DNA of 64,000 nucleotides from Nitrospirales bacterium (GTDB lineage Bacteria; Nitrospirota; Nitrospiria; Nitrospirales; UBA8639): NCBI GenBank assembly GCA_965203295.1, contig CBDBCZ010000018.1, positions 1,248,001 to 1,312,000 of the forward strand, read 5' to 3'. Shown piece by piece: positions 13,401 to 25,722 of this stretch (position 1 is its first letter; each line of letters starts with the position of its first letter). The notes under the pieces were generated by a model. It saw only the letters and a program-made list of their open reading frames with translations, ran no database searches and was not told where the DNA came from. The position numbers and the translations under genes were made by a program.

Positions 13401-14301
13401 CGACATTGAACTACCTGTTCCCGTTCCCGAAAGCAAGGAAGCTGGTCGAAAAGAGAAGCTCTACTTTTCTGAACTCGAGGTACGCTTTTAAAAGGTTACA
13501 CTTGTAGACCTATACTATAGTTTGATGTTGTGAATTTAAGAATCTTCAGCCTTGAATGATTCACCGTAGCTGGCTTGTCCTTCATGTTATTGTTTGGGCT
13601 TCAAACTGTGTATGGGATCTATACCTAAGGGCAGTTCTATATATGTTCCCTCAGGCTTGCCCTCGGAAAGACATACAACTGCCCTTGGGTACAAATACCA
13701 TACACCTCACAAACTCATGGTACAGGACTTCTGCCATATAGCACCCACTAATTAGCCTCAGTTGCCCTTGAAGTAGCACATTGGCATATCGTTGCATAGT
13801 TCAGGGTAATGATATTGTAGGCAAACAGATGTACATGTTGAAGCCAGTAACCTGTCCATGGGTACTGATGTCATATTGACGTTGGCTACCTATTTATTTC
13901 ACACTTGCCATATAATTAGCCTTGTACCCAGGCCTTCACCGCACTCGCGAAAATAAACGGGGAAAAGTATTTTCGCGAGTGCGGTGAAGGCCTGGGTACA
14001 AGGCTACCATATAATATGATTGGATGTTTAGAAATCTTTTTATGGAAAATTCGGCCATTCTCAAGTGTATAAATTATTGTCGATGCACCATAAATAGGCA
14101 TTGACTATACTTCTTTGCACCCATGTGCACATACAGAGAGATGACATCTTCACCTGGAAGATTGAGAGAGTCACCCAAAACAAGGCCAGAGGGGGATATG
14201 TGATTGGAGTGCAGGAAAGCAAAGATATTTTCACTGAAGCATCGGCTGTGAAAGGGCCTCGGAGTAGGAGGCCAAACTCGATGTATGTTGACTTTCGTTA
14301 G
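10427..14301 (+). CDS. CACTA second gene (TnpA/Tnp1-like partner), >=13 exons, ~409 aa
   Basis: GT-AG exons in continuous frame: 10427-10798, 11292-11387, 11447-11542, 11616-11645, 11712-11750, 11964-11981, 12069-12119, 12236-12277, 12347-12412, 12896-12945, 13162-13229, 13343-13479, 14137-14301. The C-terminal part (KEVLIEYKGQQLATAVF...ELPVP...IFTWKIERV) resembles the Tnp1/En/Spm-type domain pattern by eye. Transcribed divergently from the transposase. Confidence 0.75.
13917..14006. mobile_element. Palindromic mini-element TAGCC...GGCTA with 9-bp TSD
   Basis: Near-perfect hairpin TAGCCTTGTACCCAGGCCTTCACCGCACTCGCGAAAATA...TATTTTCGCGAGTGCGGTGAAGGCCTGGGTACAAGGCTA. TSD CCATATAAT at 13908-13916 and 14007-14015. 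Confidence 0.9.
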
Positions 14302-16631
14302 GGCTTGCAAACTTTCTTCTATATACGTGTTTCACCTCGAGTCGTGTAGTCCGATAATTATCCTAATTTCCACCATCATTTTGCTTTTCTGTTACCACCG
14401 CTGATAGTATAATATTTATGCTTTACTTCATAATAAAAGATATATTTATAATAATGCTGATTATTACACTAATTTTCACCCATCATTTGCTTTTTTTTGT
14501 TATCACCGCTGATTCTATAATATTCATGCTTTGCTTGTTACAAAGAAAATATTTATAATAATGCTGATTCGGGACAGTATTCAGAAGCTTTTCAGAATGG
14601 TTTTACCATCAGAAATGTACTGAGTTCGGATGCGGTGCCTGGTATTATTCAGATGCTATTTTGGTTAAAATCAGATGAAATTAGGATGGGAATCAGCTGA
14701 AACTCCTACTATTTTCAGAAAAGAACTCAGAATAGTTTCATGATATTTTTAATGCAATTTCAGCATGCAGTTAGGTGTTTTTCAGACACTGTGAATAAGA
14801 AACTCATAAGATGACATTCAGAAGCTGAATTTCCAATAGTGGGTGCTGTCGCAGCCTCAGGAAGATGGCCGTTTGCACCCAGTTGCATTTGCTAACAGAG
14901 CTTTCTCACTGCAGGAGCAGAACTATGCCATCACCGAGCTGGAGGTGGTATGGGCAAAATTACACTTTCACTTGTACCTCTATATGGCCCGTGTTTACCA
15001 ACCACCGACCACGAGGGTTGTCCAGAGACGCCAGGACATGTCTATGTACTCCTGAGTTTCCTACCAAAAGGGTGTACTACACTACTAGCTGTACAAGTAT
15101 CTCCTAAGAACATCCCGGGATGGAGTGAGCTACCCTTAGAAGTATCTCCACCATATTGGGATCCCCACCCTTAGAAGTATCTCCACCATATTGGGATCAT
15201 CCTAGGATATTCCGGGATTCCCAAGTTTCTCCCCCATCCCAGGATCATCCTAGAATGGGGTGAACTAGGCACCCCCTTGCCCAAGTAGCTATCCCGGGAT
15301 TCCCATGTATTTCTCTCATCCCGGGATCATCCTAGGATAGGGTGAACTAGGCACTTGGGTGGTGGGATGGCATGGACTGTGATGCGAGAAAGTATGTGAG
15401 TGGCTGCCCGTGTGCACCATTGGTTTTGTGGAGAAGGAAAAGTGCATGCCCACCACTCCACCCGATTCCCGTCTCCAGGCCATTTTAGATTATTGGTGTT
15501 GACGTAATGGGCCTTCCAGAGACCACCCTGTGTAACAAGCATGTCCTAGTATTTCAGGACCTCTTTATGAAGTGGCCCATGTTCTTCGCAATACCCGAAC
15601 AGAAGACAGAGTGGATCGTCAGGATCCTGGTTAATGAGATCATCGTATAAGCCCTTCCCTCCGATAGAGGCAGTAATGTCCCTTCGCACTTGATGACAGA
15701 TAGCTACCTGTGAGATGCTTGGGATCAAGAAGCTTAATGCTACAGCCTACCATCCTCAGTGTGATGGGTTCATGCATGAAGAGATACAATCGCACTCTCA
15801 AGACTGCACTGAGGAAGCAGGCTGCCCGGAGTGCAGTGGGATTAGTTGTTACCAGACAATGTGTGGGCCTACAGAAACACCCCACATGAAGCTTTTGTTT
15901 CTGTTGTTTGAACTGGACTGCACGATGCCATCGGAAGCCACCGTGTTGCCCCTTATGGCCTGTACTGAGCCAAGTGACTTCTTCTGCCTGGTAGATTGCT
16001 GCAAACTGCATTTGGCTAGTGCAGAAGAAGTACAAGTGGCACTATGACTGACTCGATAGTGACTGTGTATTAGAATATACCGAGTTGGGGACTGGGTATT
16101 AATAAAATTTTGAGTTCGGTGAAGCTCGCAAGCTCTCACAGCTCTCAGGAGGCAGACATCAATGGTCGTAAAGAGCCTACACCGGCATGAGTGCCAAGAT
16201 CTCTCATTGGATCGTGATGATCCAGAGGAGCAGCCACCCACTGATAATAAAGAACCAGAACTATGCCGGGGCACCAGAATCAGAGCTAATTGTGAATATG
16301 CGACAGCTAGTGTATGTGTGTTTTATTTATGCTTTCGATAATAATATTGAATTTGTATGTAATTCGAATTCAAGAGACCAAGCCCATTACATATACGGTG
16401 ACAGTATACATTTGACAGTAGCTAACTGTGCTATAGTGAACTATAATTTCACCAACTTTTCATAGATTCATACAGCTATATAGAAAATAACATCAAAATG
16501 GCTTTATAGTAGAAGCCTAAGATGCATGCTTGTAACTCCTCTCTAGATTTTGAAACGGCAGATGAAAACACGTTTGAAATTACATACATTTTCATCCATC
16601 AGATTGTTCAAGCGTAGCTATAGCTACGTAC

Positions 16632-17084
16632 TAGGCCTGAGCTAATTATTTCGCGAATAAAATTTTGAATAATAGGGCCGATTTAGCTACTAAATGTTGA
16701 ATAATCGGTAAGAAAAGCAAATATTTGGTTTGCGCATGCACACTTTTAACATCTAGGCGTGACCTTTTAAACTGCACTACATGGGTCAGTGAGTCAGTGC
16801 TGATGGAGGAAGAGGCTGTATCCCAGAATCAGGCTGTACTGTCACCCCCTGTATTGTTCCTAGAGGCACTAAAGGCCCCAAAAGCTTCCAATATGTAAAC
16901 GTAAGAAGGATGTGTGTGTGTAAGGTTTTGCATCAAACAGCACCTCCAAAAACTTCCTTCAAGTTGAATAATGGTCATAATAATTTGAATAAACGGGTAA
17001 GGTCACTTGAATAATAGGGAAGAAAGGCAGAAACAAAGAATTTGAATAATAGGTCAGTTCAAGTGAATAATTAGCTCAGGCCTA
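16632..17084. mobile_element. hAT-like MITE
   Basis: TIR TAGGCCTGAGCTAATTATT. 8-bp TSD CTACGTAC at 16624-16631 and 17085-17092. Internal GAATAAT motifs. Confidence 0.88.
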
Positions 17085-17303
17085 CTACGTACTGGCATAT
17101 TGAGAGAGAAAAAAACAGTGCTTTCCATCTTTCGAAATACATGTATCTGTATATACAAGCCATGCAAGCAAACATGCAGTACCGTTAAGGAAAGTGGAGC
17201 GGTACCGCCCAAACCACTAGGGGATATCGTGAGTCTTAATAAGTTTGCTTTTGGGTTCCACGCCTTTAATACAAAATCCGGGAACGTGATTCGATGGACT
17301 CAG

Positions 17304-17310
17304 TATATAA
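17304..17310 (+). promoter_or_regulatory. Putative TATA box of the secreted peptide gene
   Basis: TATATAA about 98 bp upstream of the ATG at 17402. Confidence 0.5.
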
Positions 17311-17401
17311 GCGACCTACAGACGCTATACAGTAGCATTTGCAGCTACCAAAACCAACTACGTCTCAACTTTTGCAGCAGAAAATTTACACCCGTCCTAA
17401 G

Positions 17402-17762
17402 ATGAAGGTATTAGCCATTTTGGCAGTCGTGGCTCTCCTCGCCACTGCTGCGTGGAGTAAGTGTGACGTCAGCGCCGTGACGTGTTATCGATACAGTCGC
17501 GTCTGTGAAGGTGGAGGGATCCAAGCTGCTTCGGCCGCTTCATGCTGCAACCATAGGGGATTGGCTTACAGGGTTGGAGCCGGACAGTGCGTACCTTGGT
17601 AAGTGGATGGCGTGGTTATTCACATTTGTAATAATGTATAAATGATCACGTGCGGTACGTTTAAGTTAATGCGCATAACCACTATGTCTTTTAATTTTCC
17701 CCTATAGTAATCGGGCTTTCGAAGAAGAGCTGTATGATAGCCGATTTGGACGGCCTTATTGA
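17402..17762 (+). CDS. Small secreted cysteine-rich peptide, 2 exons, 83 aa
   Basis: Signal peptide MKVLAILAVVALLATAAWS. Exon 1 (17402-17598, donor GTAAGT) joins exon 2 (17708-17762, acceptor ttttcccctatAG), giving ...TCYRYSRVCEGGGIQAASAASCCNHRGLAYRVGAGQCVPCNRAFEEELYDSRFGRPY*. Confidence 0.75.
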
Positions 17763-18046
17763 TGAACTCACTTCCTATCGGGAAGTATGACGGACTTATG
17801 GACACCTATAGCTATAGGCCAGCTGTTTATTTTTTTTTGTTGTTGTTAATGATTTAGACGTAGTCAATTAGAAAAAAAAATCAACATTGCTTGTATAATT
17901 ATATTAGTTATAACATGATATGGAAGGATGTTGTTGATTGATGAGCATAATTAGATTTTGTTATGTGGATACAGCGTGCTTGCACCAAACATAGTCTGAC
18001 CCATAAAAGTTGCTTTCATCCAAACCATGCACTAGCTACCCACGGT

Positions 18047-18886
18047 GCAACATCTACCATCAAATCATGATGTGTTGAAGAAGCCATTGAGAGGTGTAGT
18101 CATGTGATAATCTTGTGAGCAAGAGATTGGGTTTCCAAGCAGAATGCTATGTATAGCTACAGCGTCGAGGCGTTGGTCGTGCTCGGCTTCGTCTTTCCCA
18201 AAGACTAGGATGTCATCCATCTGGCACAGGACACCCTGAAGGCCGGTCAGGAGCTCACTCATTCGTCTTTGGAAGTGTTCAGGCGCGCTTGAAATGCCGA
18301 ATGGCAGTTTGTTAAAACAGTAACGCCCCATTGGAGTAATGAAGGTCGTTAGGAGGCGTGAGGACTGAGACAGGGGGATTTGCCAGAACCCGCTGTTGGC
18401 ATCCAGCTTGGAAAAGGTCTTGGCTCCGGCGAGTTGAGCCAGTGTCTCGTCTACCTTCGGGAGTGGATGGGTTTCTCTCAGGACGCTTCGGTTGAGTGGC
18501 TTGAGATCGACACAGAGTCGTACGCTGCCCGACTTCTTCGGTACGACCACTAATCCAGCACACCACGGGGTGGGCTCGGACACCTTGGAGATTACTCCTT
18601 CCTTCTCCATTCATTCCAGCTCTTGGGCAACTTTCGGGCGGAGGGGTAAGGGGACGTGTCGTGGGGTAAAGAGAGCATGGGGCCTAGCATCTGGGCATAG
18701 TTTGATGTGGACCTAGGTCTGACAAGCTGTAGCTACATAGCATTCTGAAAAAAAAAGGGGAGACAGAATTTTATGAGATCAATCGGGCCACTGCTTGGAA
18801 ACCCAATCTCTTGCTCACAAGATTATCACATGACTACACCTCTCAATGGCTTCTTCAACACATCATGATTTGATGGTAGATGTTGC
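18047..18886. mobile_element. Fold-back element: ~115-bp inverted repeats enclosing a Gypsy RT fragment
   Basis: 18047-18163 is the reverse complement of 18726-18747 plus 18791-18886. Between them, 18164-~18713 (minus strand) is an uninterrupted RT core (PWCAGLVVVPKK, CVDLKPLN, KLDANSGFWQ, LPFGISSAPEHFQ, QMDDILVFG). Confidence 0.85.
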
Positions 18887-18887
18887 G

Positions 18888-18953
18888 TTTGTGGCGTAGT
18901 TCGGACAATAATATTATAGGCTTATAATATTATTGTCCGAACTACGCCACAAA
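18888..18953. repeat. Perfect palindrome, 31-bp arms, 4-nt loop
   Basis: TTTGTGGCGTAGTTCGGACAATAATATTATA-GGCT-TATAATATTATTGTCCGAACTACGCCACAAA. Confidence 0.95.
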
Positions 18954-21602
18954 AATTTCACCCATCGCAATTTCATACTTTGTAGCTACACAAGTGGCAG
19001 TTAGCTAGCTAGCTAATTTGTTGTTTCTTGTAGAGATGTGCCCGGACCTGGCTCCTCATTCTCATGTATTAAAACAACGGAGAGAAGTCATACTCTGAGA
19101 ATAGGACTAGCTATAGCTATAAATGACACTATATTATACAGCTGAGTCCATTAAGAGGAAAAACCTTGGCAACACACTCAAAATGGTTCGTTACATAAGC
19201 CACCATTTTCTACCCTGAGGTGTTGTTATGGGAAACGGTATTTGCTGTCGTTGCTGCATGCAATCACCTTATTGTCTTAATTCTAAGATTCTAGAACGTA
19301 GCTATTATATTCGAAGAGTCTAGGATGATGTAGCTATATAGCTAGTCGCATTATTCATTGCTATAATATTTTTGCTATATAACACAACACAGTATAATAG
19401 CTGAGCAAAAGCTTTAGCATGCATAGGCACGCAACTGCGCATCATGCTTCTAAGAATACACAGAATAGTTAACGTTAAACCTCTGATACATGTTCAAATA
19501 CGATCAAGTGCACTGATTGCTAATCCATGTATAGCTACTGTACCATTACCCATCACACAGTACAACTAATCGTGGCCAGACCTGTGTCCTGTGCATGCAG
19601 GCTGTGCTGGCTATGCCATGTGTTGCTGCAGCACCCATAACATAGCAATTTGCTCACCCTTCAAATCTGATTCGTCGGCCTGTTGGGGAGCTATTGTTGA
19701 TGTACTTGACATGTGTAAATAATCAACCTGTGATATGTGTTTAACTTACCGGCCCATGGCATGTGCCCATGGTATGTGCCCATGGTATGTGCCCATGGCA
19801 TGTGTATAGCTACAATGTAATTTAAAAACATTTATTGCTCGGGTATAGGCATTACACGATCTTGTGAGCAGAATCTTATTAAGCATAATAGCTGCCTCGG
19901 ATCCATGATCCATGGCAATAGCAGGTGACCGAGGAGCTGTTTTTTAGCTGCTGTTCATGCAAAAGTGCTCTTGAAGCACCTTGTGTTTTTCATTGAACTG
20001 CACTAGTTGTGGTAACTAGTTTAAGCTATTAGCTAGCTATTACAACAGTACTGAGTAATCTTGTAGGTCAGCCCTCTAGCAATAGCATTTTCCTACTGAC
20101 ATAGCTACCGGTAATACACTGAGACCATTACATTTTTGCTTGCTTCATGGCAAAACAAAATCAATACTAGAATTAGTTGCCCCCTGGATTCACCGCTGAG
20201 GAGACACTGGCTCGGGATATTAGCTGTAGTTGACCACTTATTACCAGCTTTACTATGCCATAAAATCAGTATGGTGATTTTAAATTCTCAGACAATTAAT
20301 TCATGTAGTTGGTTTAACCATAGATAGTAGAGTATCTATGGTTTAACTCTTTCGCATTCCAGTTATTCGCCAATTTCTATGACATTGTGTATTCTACACA
20401 TACAATATTATCAGACGTTAATGTAAAATGACTAGCACATGAGCGTCCTTAGCTGGCAAAGAGTTAAAGACTGTGTCATTACTAAAGAGGCTAAATCTAT
20501 CTGAGTTTTATGTGAAAGTAATCGGAAGACTAACTTGAACTCATAATTATCAATAAATTTATCTGTTCCCCTGAGGCATAATTATTGATCTTGAGCAACC
20601 GTGTATTAGGTGTCAAAATTACGTCCAATTATTATTAAAACTTTAATTCCTCGTATCGTCTCTTACAGTAAATTATGTGTTGGCTTCAAAATAATTATTA
20701 TTTGGTCTGTGTGGCCAGAAATAGGCAGTTGGCTACTGTGTTGCTGTGAAACAATTAAGAGCTGAGGTTAAGCCTACGTGCAGCTTCTACGTACAGAAGT
20801 GTTGCATTAATTTCCCTTTCCCATAGTAAACAGAGTGTAGGGAATCACTATTATTTGCCCACATTGACACATGGAGTGGCTTATGTAACCAACATATGTG
20901 TGTGTTGTCAAGGGCTTTCCTTCTAATTAATTAGCAAATTAGGGTCAGACAAATGTCACAATCGTTAGCATGAGTTCCCAGGATATTTCTACATGTGGAA
21001 ACCCAACATAAACACCAGATACTGGCTAATCTAAACACTACTTGTTGGTGCTTGTGTAAATGGAGATTTCCTCCACTGCCCATGCATGGGAGTGTCAATT
21101 TTATTTCCTCTATTTACACTCATAAGCCCATGTGGTGGCTTATGTAACCATAATAGTATTATGGGTGTGTTCATAAGGCTATTCCTCCTGTAGTGAATAG
21201 AGCCTGGCCTGAGACTTGCTTCTTTAGCAACTTAGAGCGATCGGATCAATTACCCTTTCCTTTGTGTATGTTGCCAGGGTGTTTTGTGTGGCCGTGGTCA
21301 GGCAGATATTGAGTGCTACTTGTCACTGAACTGAGACCGATATCGAACGTATTTAGTAAAGCTCCTAAAAGGTTGAAATCTGCACAAAGCAAAAAAAGCG
21401 CACAAAATCCATGCACTCATTGTCCTATAACACATACGCATAACAATTGGGTCAGCCAGATAGTATTTGGTGTTTACACTGACTTTCCACGGTCCTCGAG
21501 ACTTCCATATTATATAGCTACAATGATGGTTGCATACTATTTGATTTAATTATCCTTGAAAAGATTGGTGAATAAACCTACGTAGCTAACCCAAACATGC
21601 AA

Positions 21603-22295
21603 GGGTGTCTTCACATATAGTCAACTCCCACTTTGTCAATTCCCACTTTATCAGTTTCACTTCGTCAATTGTCACTTTTTCAATTTCTCACTTTGTCAAT
21701 TCCCACTTCCCAACATTGACCAAACGGGAATTGACTAAATTGGAATTGACAAAGTGAGAAGTTGGAAATCTCTCACGTTTGAATACGTGTGTGGATTAAA
21801 TTCATGTGTGAAAAGGATGAAAGTGCAAAACTGTGCATGAAATGTGCTTAAGAGTGCATTAGATTGCTACATGAAGGTAAACAGATTGTATGTTACACCA
21901 ACAATAAACTGGTCAATAGTTACGTCTCCTTTCTCACTTTGTCAATTCCCACTTCCCAACATTGACCAAACGGGAATTGACTAAATTGGAAGTGAGAAGT
22001 TGGAAATCTCTCACGTTTGAATACGTGTGTGGATTAAATTCAGTGTGAAAAGGATCAAAGTGCAAAACTGTACATGAAATGTGCTTGAGAGTGCATTAGA
22101 TTGCTACATGAAGATAAACTACACCAACAATAAACTGGTCAATAGTTACGTCTCCTTCAGAGTAGGCTTTCTTGAGCATGGCCAAGCGTTCATCAACAGC
22201 TGCATAAAGTGAGAAATAACAAAGTGACAATTGACAAAATGAACTTGGCCAAGTGGGAATTGACAATGTGGGAGTTGGCCATATGGGAATGAGCC
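21603..22295. mobile_element. Non-autonomous TIR element (possibly MULE-derived) with an internal ~200-bp duplication
   Basis: Repeated GTCAATTCCCACTT motifs on the left, inverted AAGTGGGAATTGAC on the right. Flanking CATGCAA on both sides. ~21685-21880 is duplicated at ~21930-22115. A minus-strand remnant RLAMLKKAYSEGDVTIDQFI resembles transposase C-termini. Confidence 0.6.
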
Positions 22296-22836
22296 CATGC
22301 AATGACCAAAATATGGCGGTACTGCATATCACTCTCTATTAAATTTTATCTAATCAAGGACATGAAAATATTCAGATTGTGTACATCAACAATATTTGGT
22401 ATTGGTGATGTAATGTATGTCGTAATTATAGTAACTCTACTCTTGGCTATATCAAAAGAGAGAGAGAGAGAATAGAAGCTCGACCTTGATGCATTTTGGG
22501 TAGTCATAGTACAAGGAATGAGCTACTGCACTTAGTTTTACATTCCTGGTCTAATAAACGAATCATTCCACTTCACTATATACGCTAAGAGACGCATGGA
22601 AGCAAAAAACTTTACGTGTTCAGCTCTGTATCGCGATTATACAGTTAACGTCTTTAACAATTACTTGTGCAAGGTTATTTTTACGCCCTTGAATAGATGT
22701 ATAAAGTATAAGTCATACCAATGTACGTAAACTTCATTGATATACAGTATTGGCAAAACAGGTACTAGCTGAATAACATCCGGTCCAGATAATTTCTAAC
22801 CCTATATCGCGTGCTTGAGCGTCCGCGGTGGAATAG

Positions 22837-22843
22837 TATAAAA
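22837..22843 (+). promoter_or_regulatory. Putative TATA box of paralog 2
   Basis: TATAAAA 128 bp upstream of the ATG at 22965. Paralogs 3 and 4 have TATA boxes at similar distances. Confidence 0.55.
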
Positions 22844-22964
22844 CGAGCTGTCCTTCGATACTTGCACCAGTCGTCTATGCGCATTCTCTGGTGACTGCAA
22901 ACGTTGTTCCTATTTTCTCATCAATTTGAGTTAATATTTGCGCCTTGGTTTGCAAGCGATCGCG

Positions 22965-24257
22965 ATGTCACGACCGACAGGAAAACCGGATACTTCTACT
23001 CTCGACCTCTACGGTCAGACGTATGAGCAAATAGTCCAGCAAGTACTCGGCGGTCAACATGCCAATTTTCAGCTGGTGAACCCGCAGGAGGACTGGACAT
23101 TTACGCCAGCCCCCGCCGGCTTCATTGACCCCGCAGTCTACCGATTTGTCGGGCAGCTGCCGATTTTCTCCGCCACGGGCACCTACCAACCTGGGGGAAA
23201 CGATATGCACCAGGCTTACCTCCAAGTTCTGAGTCTGTGGAACGCCCTCGGAAAAGGCATCAACGAAGACCAAATAAGGGAAGCGAATGACCGTGTGACG
23301 ACTACGCGCAATAAGCTGGTCCAGGATCAACAGCAGGCCGATCAAGGCTTCCTGCAGTACAAGAGCACGGTACCAGCGGGCATACCAGCAAAAGCCTACG
23401 ATGACTATATTATGGAGTTCTGGAAGGGCACTCTTGATGACGACAAGCTCGTTTACAACAAAGCCTTAGAGACGCTGGCCCTTATCGTCGGCCAGAAAAA
23501 TCCCGGTCTCAAGGCCGCAATTGACGCCGCTACGCCACCGGAAGACCCCACTACCTCCAAGCCAGGCTTTCTGAAAGTTCAGCTTGGGACCACGATCGGA
23601 ATACGACCAGCCTACATCTTTGACGATCCAAAAGCGTGGGCGGATCGAATAGTTGCTGAGGGCGGCGGGACTATGCTGAAGATCCAACTTTCGGCAGCTA
23701 GCCATTCAAGTTCCCTTGAGCAATCTTGGGCGGGTGGGAGTGCAGGCTTGGATTTTGGGTTTTTTGAAATTTACGGTGCCCGCGGGGGATGGCAGAGGTT
23801 GGATCTGGCCTCGGAAGATAAATCCGTGGAAGTTAACATCACCGTCAAGGCGTTCAACTTGTTTGAGGTCGGACCCGACTCGGCGTGGTACAACTCCGGT
23901 TTACTGAGCAGGTTGGCCACGCAGGACGACTGGAATCCACCCTTCTCTACGCACGGCGGGGACGGCACGAAGCCCGTTTTCGGCAAAGGTGGCGTGCTTC
24001 CGCTGGTTCTAACCGGTATTATCGCAGGGTATCAGCCTTCTATCGATATACGGATGAGCGACGAGACCTTCAGTAAATACAGGCAGCACTGGGACGCCGC
24101 CGGTGGAGTGCGTATTGGCCCGTTCCGTATTGGGGGCAGTGGCGGCCACACAGAAGAAAAAATCAAGAAGACTTCTAATAAAAATGTGTTCCACGTTGAA
24201 TCCAACGCCACCTATCCCTTTATCATGGGGATCACTGTGGCCAACCCAGGAATGTAA
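22965..24257 (+). CDS. Uncharacterised family, paralog 2 (subtype B), 430 aa
   Basis: Intact single-exon ORF. First ATG at 22965 (context atcgcgATG); the track's TTG start at 22938 is unlikely. Colinear with the other paralogs. Confidence 0.9.
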   Translation: MSRPTGKPDTSTLDLYGQTYEQIVQQVLGGQHANFQLVNPQEDWTFTPAPAGFIDPAVYRFVGQLPIFSATGTYQPGGNDMHQAYLQVLSLWNALGKGINEDQIREANDRVTTTRNKLVQDQQQADQGFLQYKSTVPAGIPAKAYDDYIMEFWKGTLDDDKLVYNKALETLALIVGQKNPGLKAAIDAATPPEDPTTSKPGFLKVQLGTTIGIRPAYIFDDPKAWADRIVAEGGGTMLKIQLSAASHSSSLEQSWAGGSAGLDFGFFEIYGARGGWQRLDLASEDKSVEVNITVKAFNLFEVGPDSAWYNSGLLSRLATQDDWNPPFSTHGGDGTKPVFGKGGVLPLVLTGIIAGYQPSIDIRMSDETFSKYRQHWDAAGGVRIGPFRIGGSGGHTEEKIKKTSNKNVFHVESNATYPFIMGITVANPGM

Positions 24258-24478
24258 AAACTGATTGCCACGGCAAGTGTAGCGATGCCGAATTAGATGT
24301 TTGTAGTTTTCTGACTCTAATCATAAGTTACAACCTTTGGCTGTTCTGAATGTAGGAATTTTTTTTTGACAATATGCATGGTTAGTTGCTGTACTCAATG
24401 ATTCACTGGAAGGTTTTTTTTGTAGACAGTTATGTGATTGCTTGATATCGCAATGGACAGGTAGTTTCCCTGTTTATG

Positions 24479-24549
24479 TAGCCTCGTACCCAGGTCTTCC
24501 CCGCACTCGCGAAAATAAACGGGGAAAAGTACTTTTGGGTACAAGGCTA
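24479..24549. mobile_element. TAGCC...GGCTA mini-element (internally deleted relative of 13917-14006), 9-bp TSD
   Basis: Shares CCGCACTCGCGAAAATAAACGGGGAAAAGTA with 13917-14006. TSD CTGTTTATG at 24470-24478 and 24550-24558. Confidence 0.88.
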
Positions 24550-25722
24550 CTGTTTATGTGCATCCAGCTAGGATAGGCTGACTGCACGTCATGTATAAGG
24601 TGATTGTGTAAGGGTTGGTAAAATGTTTGGGGTGAAGCATATGATTGTACTTTTAAATTAGTAAGAGTAAAATGTTTGGGGTGAAGCATTTGTATTAGTA
24701 AGAGTTTCATGTTTGTAGAAATGGGGTGGCTAACTATACGTATTGCTAGCTATTGAGTAGATTATATTATCATTAAAAATGGGCCAGGGAGCTTCAAAGA
24801 CAATGAGATTAATTTGTCAATGATTTTTTCAGCCCTCTAAATGCTGCCTATACACCACTATAACAATTGTGCATATAATTAACGACACCCTCTTGAAACA
24901 GTTTAAATTGGAACTCTCTTCAGCTTCAGGGCCAATCTGCTATCAATATGACTTGCATAATTTCACCACATAGCTATCATATCGAAGTGTCTGAGACACG
25001 CCTAGTACAAAACTAGCTACTCAGTAACAAACCATGCCAGGCCTATGCAATGGCAATATCAGCTGGATATAGCCTTTATACCACTATAGCTACATTTAGT
25101 GCATCAATACCAGCCAGGAGAGCAAGATGGCCCTCATTGGTAGTGGTTGGAAGTGATCGGGAGGTACTGTCATTAGCAATATAGGACACATTTACAACTG
25201 TATGTCTGAGTGAAGTCATTGAAAACAGGAGAGTGTCCAATGCGCTTCTTTATATAGATGTTCAAAGTATCCTTCTTTGAAAACCGTCGCCTTTAAGCAT
25301 GTACCTGAAAGTTTGCGATTTGTTCAAGGTGGCCATTTATTTCCTAAGTTTAAGGCCTCACATCTAGCTACTATAGATGCTAGATGCTTTATCCTTAAGC
25401 AACCTTTCTCTAAGCCTTCCTACCACCCCCCCCCCTCCCACACACACAGAGATCCTGGGTAGGAGGTGGTTTCTCCAAAATTTATGGCCTAGAGCAAAAG
25501 CTCTTAGCTATCCTCTCGCAACTGTCATCAAACAGTTTCAGCAGTGTAGCTAGTCAGTACAAAATATAAGAGCCTTATGAACACTGTCAAATATGCTCCC
25601 ACATCTATAGTGGCTAGATACTTGTGCAGATGAATTTTATAGCATTGTTTCCTAAAGACTAGCTAGATATATATAATATTGTTATGTACCAAGATGTATT
25701 CATCACTGAAACGCCATATATA

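Larger units (their letters stand above)
4363..14841. mobile_element. CACTA (EnSpm) DNA transposon, 10,479 bp, apparently autonomous
   Basis: Starts CACTAT (4363) and ends ATAGTG (14841). 3-bp TSD GGT at 4360-4362 and 14842-14844. Many TCTGAA subterminal repeats at ~4380-4730, with inverted TTCAGA repeats at ~14580-14825. Removing the element restores the Gypsy RNase H reading frame. Encodes a Tnp2-like transposase. Confidence 0.95.
2760..16270 (+). mobile_element. Decayed Ty3/Gypsy LTR retrotransposon, split by a CACTA insertion
   Basis: Frameshifted RT remnants at ~3500-4100 (VMVRKKNGTHQF, MPFGL). RNase H halves FTLETDASIEKIGV (to 4362) and VLSQPQEDGRLHPVAFANRA (from 14842) join in frame once the CACTA element is removed. 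Integrase remnants at ~15400-15960 (KWP, TAYHPQCDG). Outer boundaries are approximate and no LTR pair was recognised. Confidence 0.8.
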
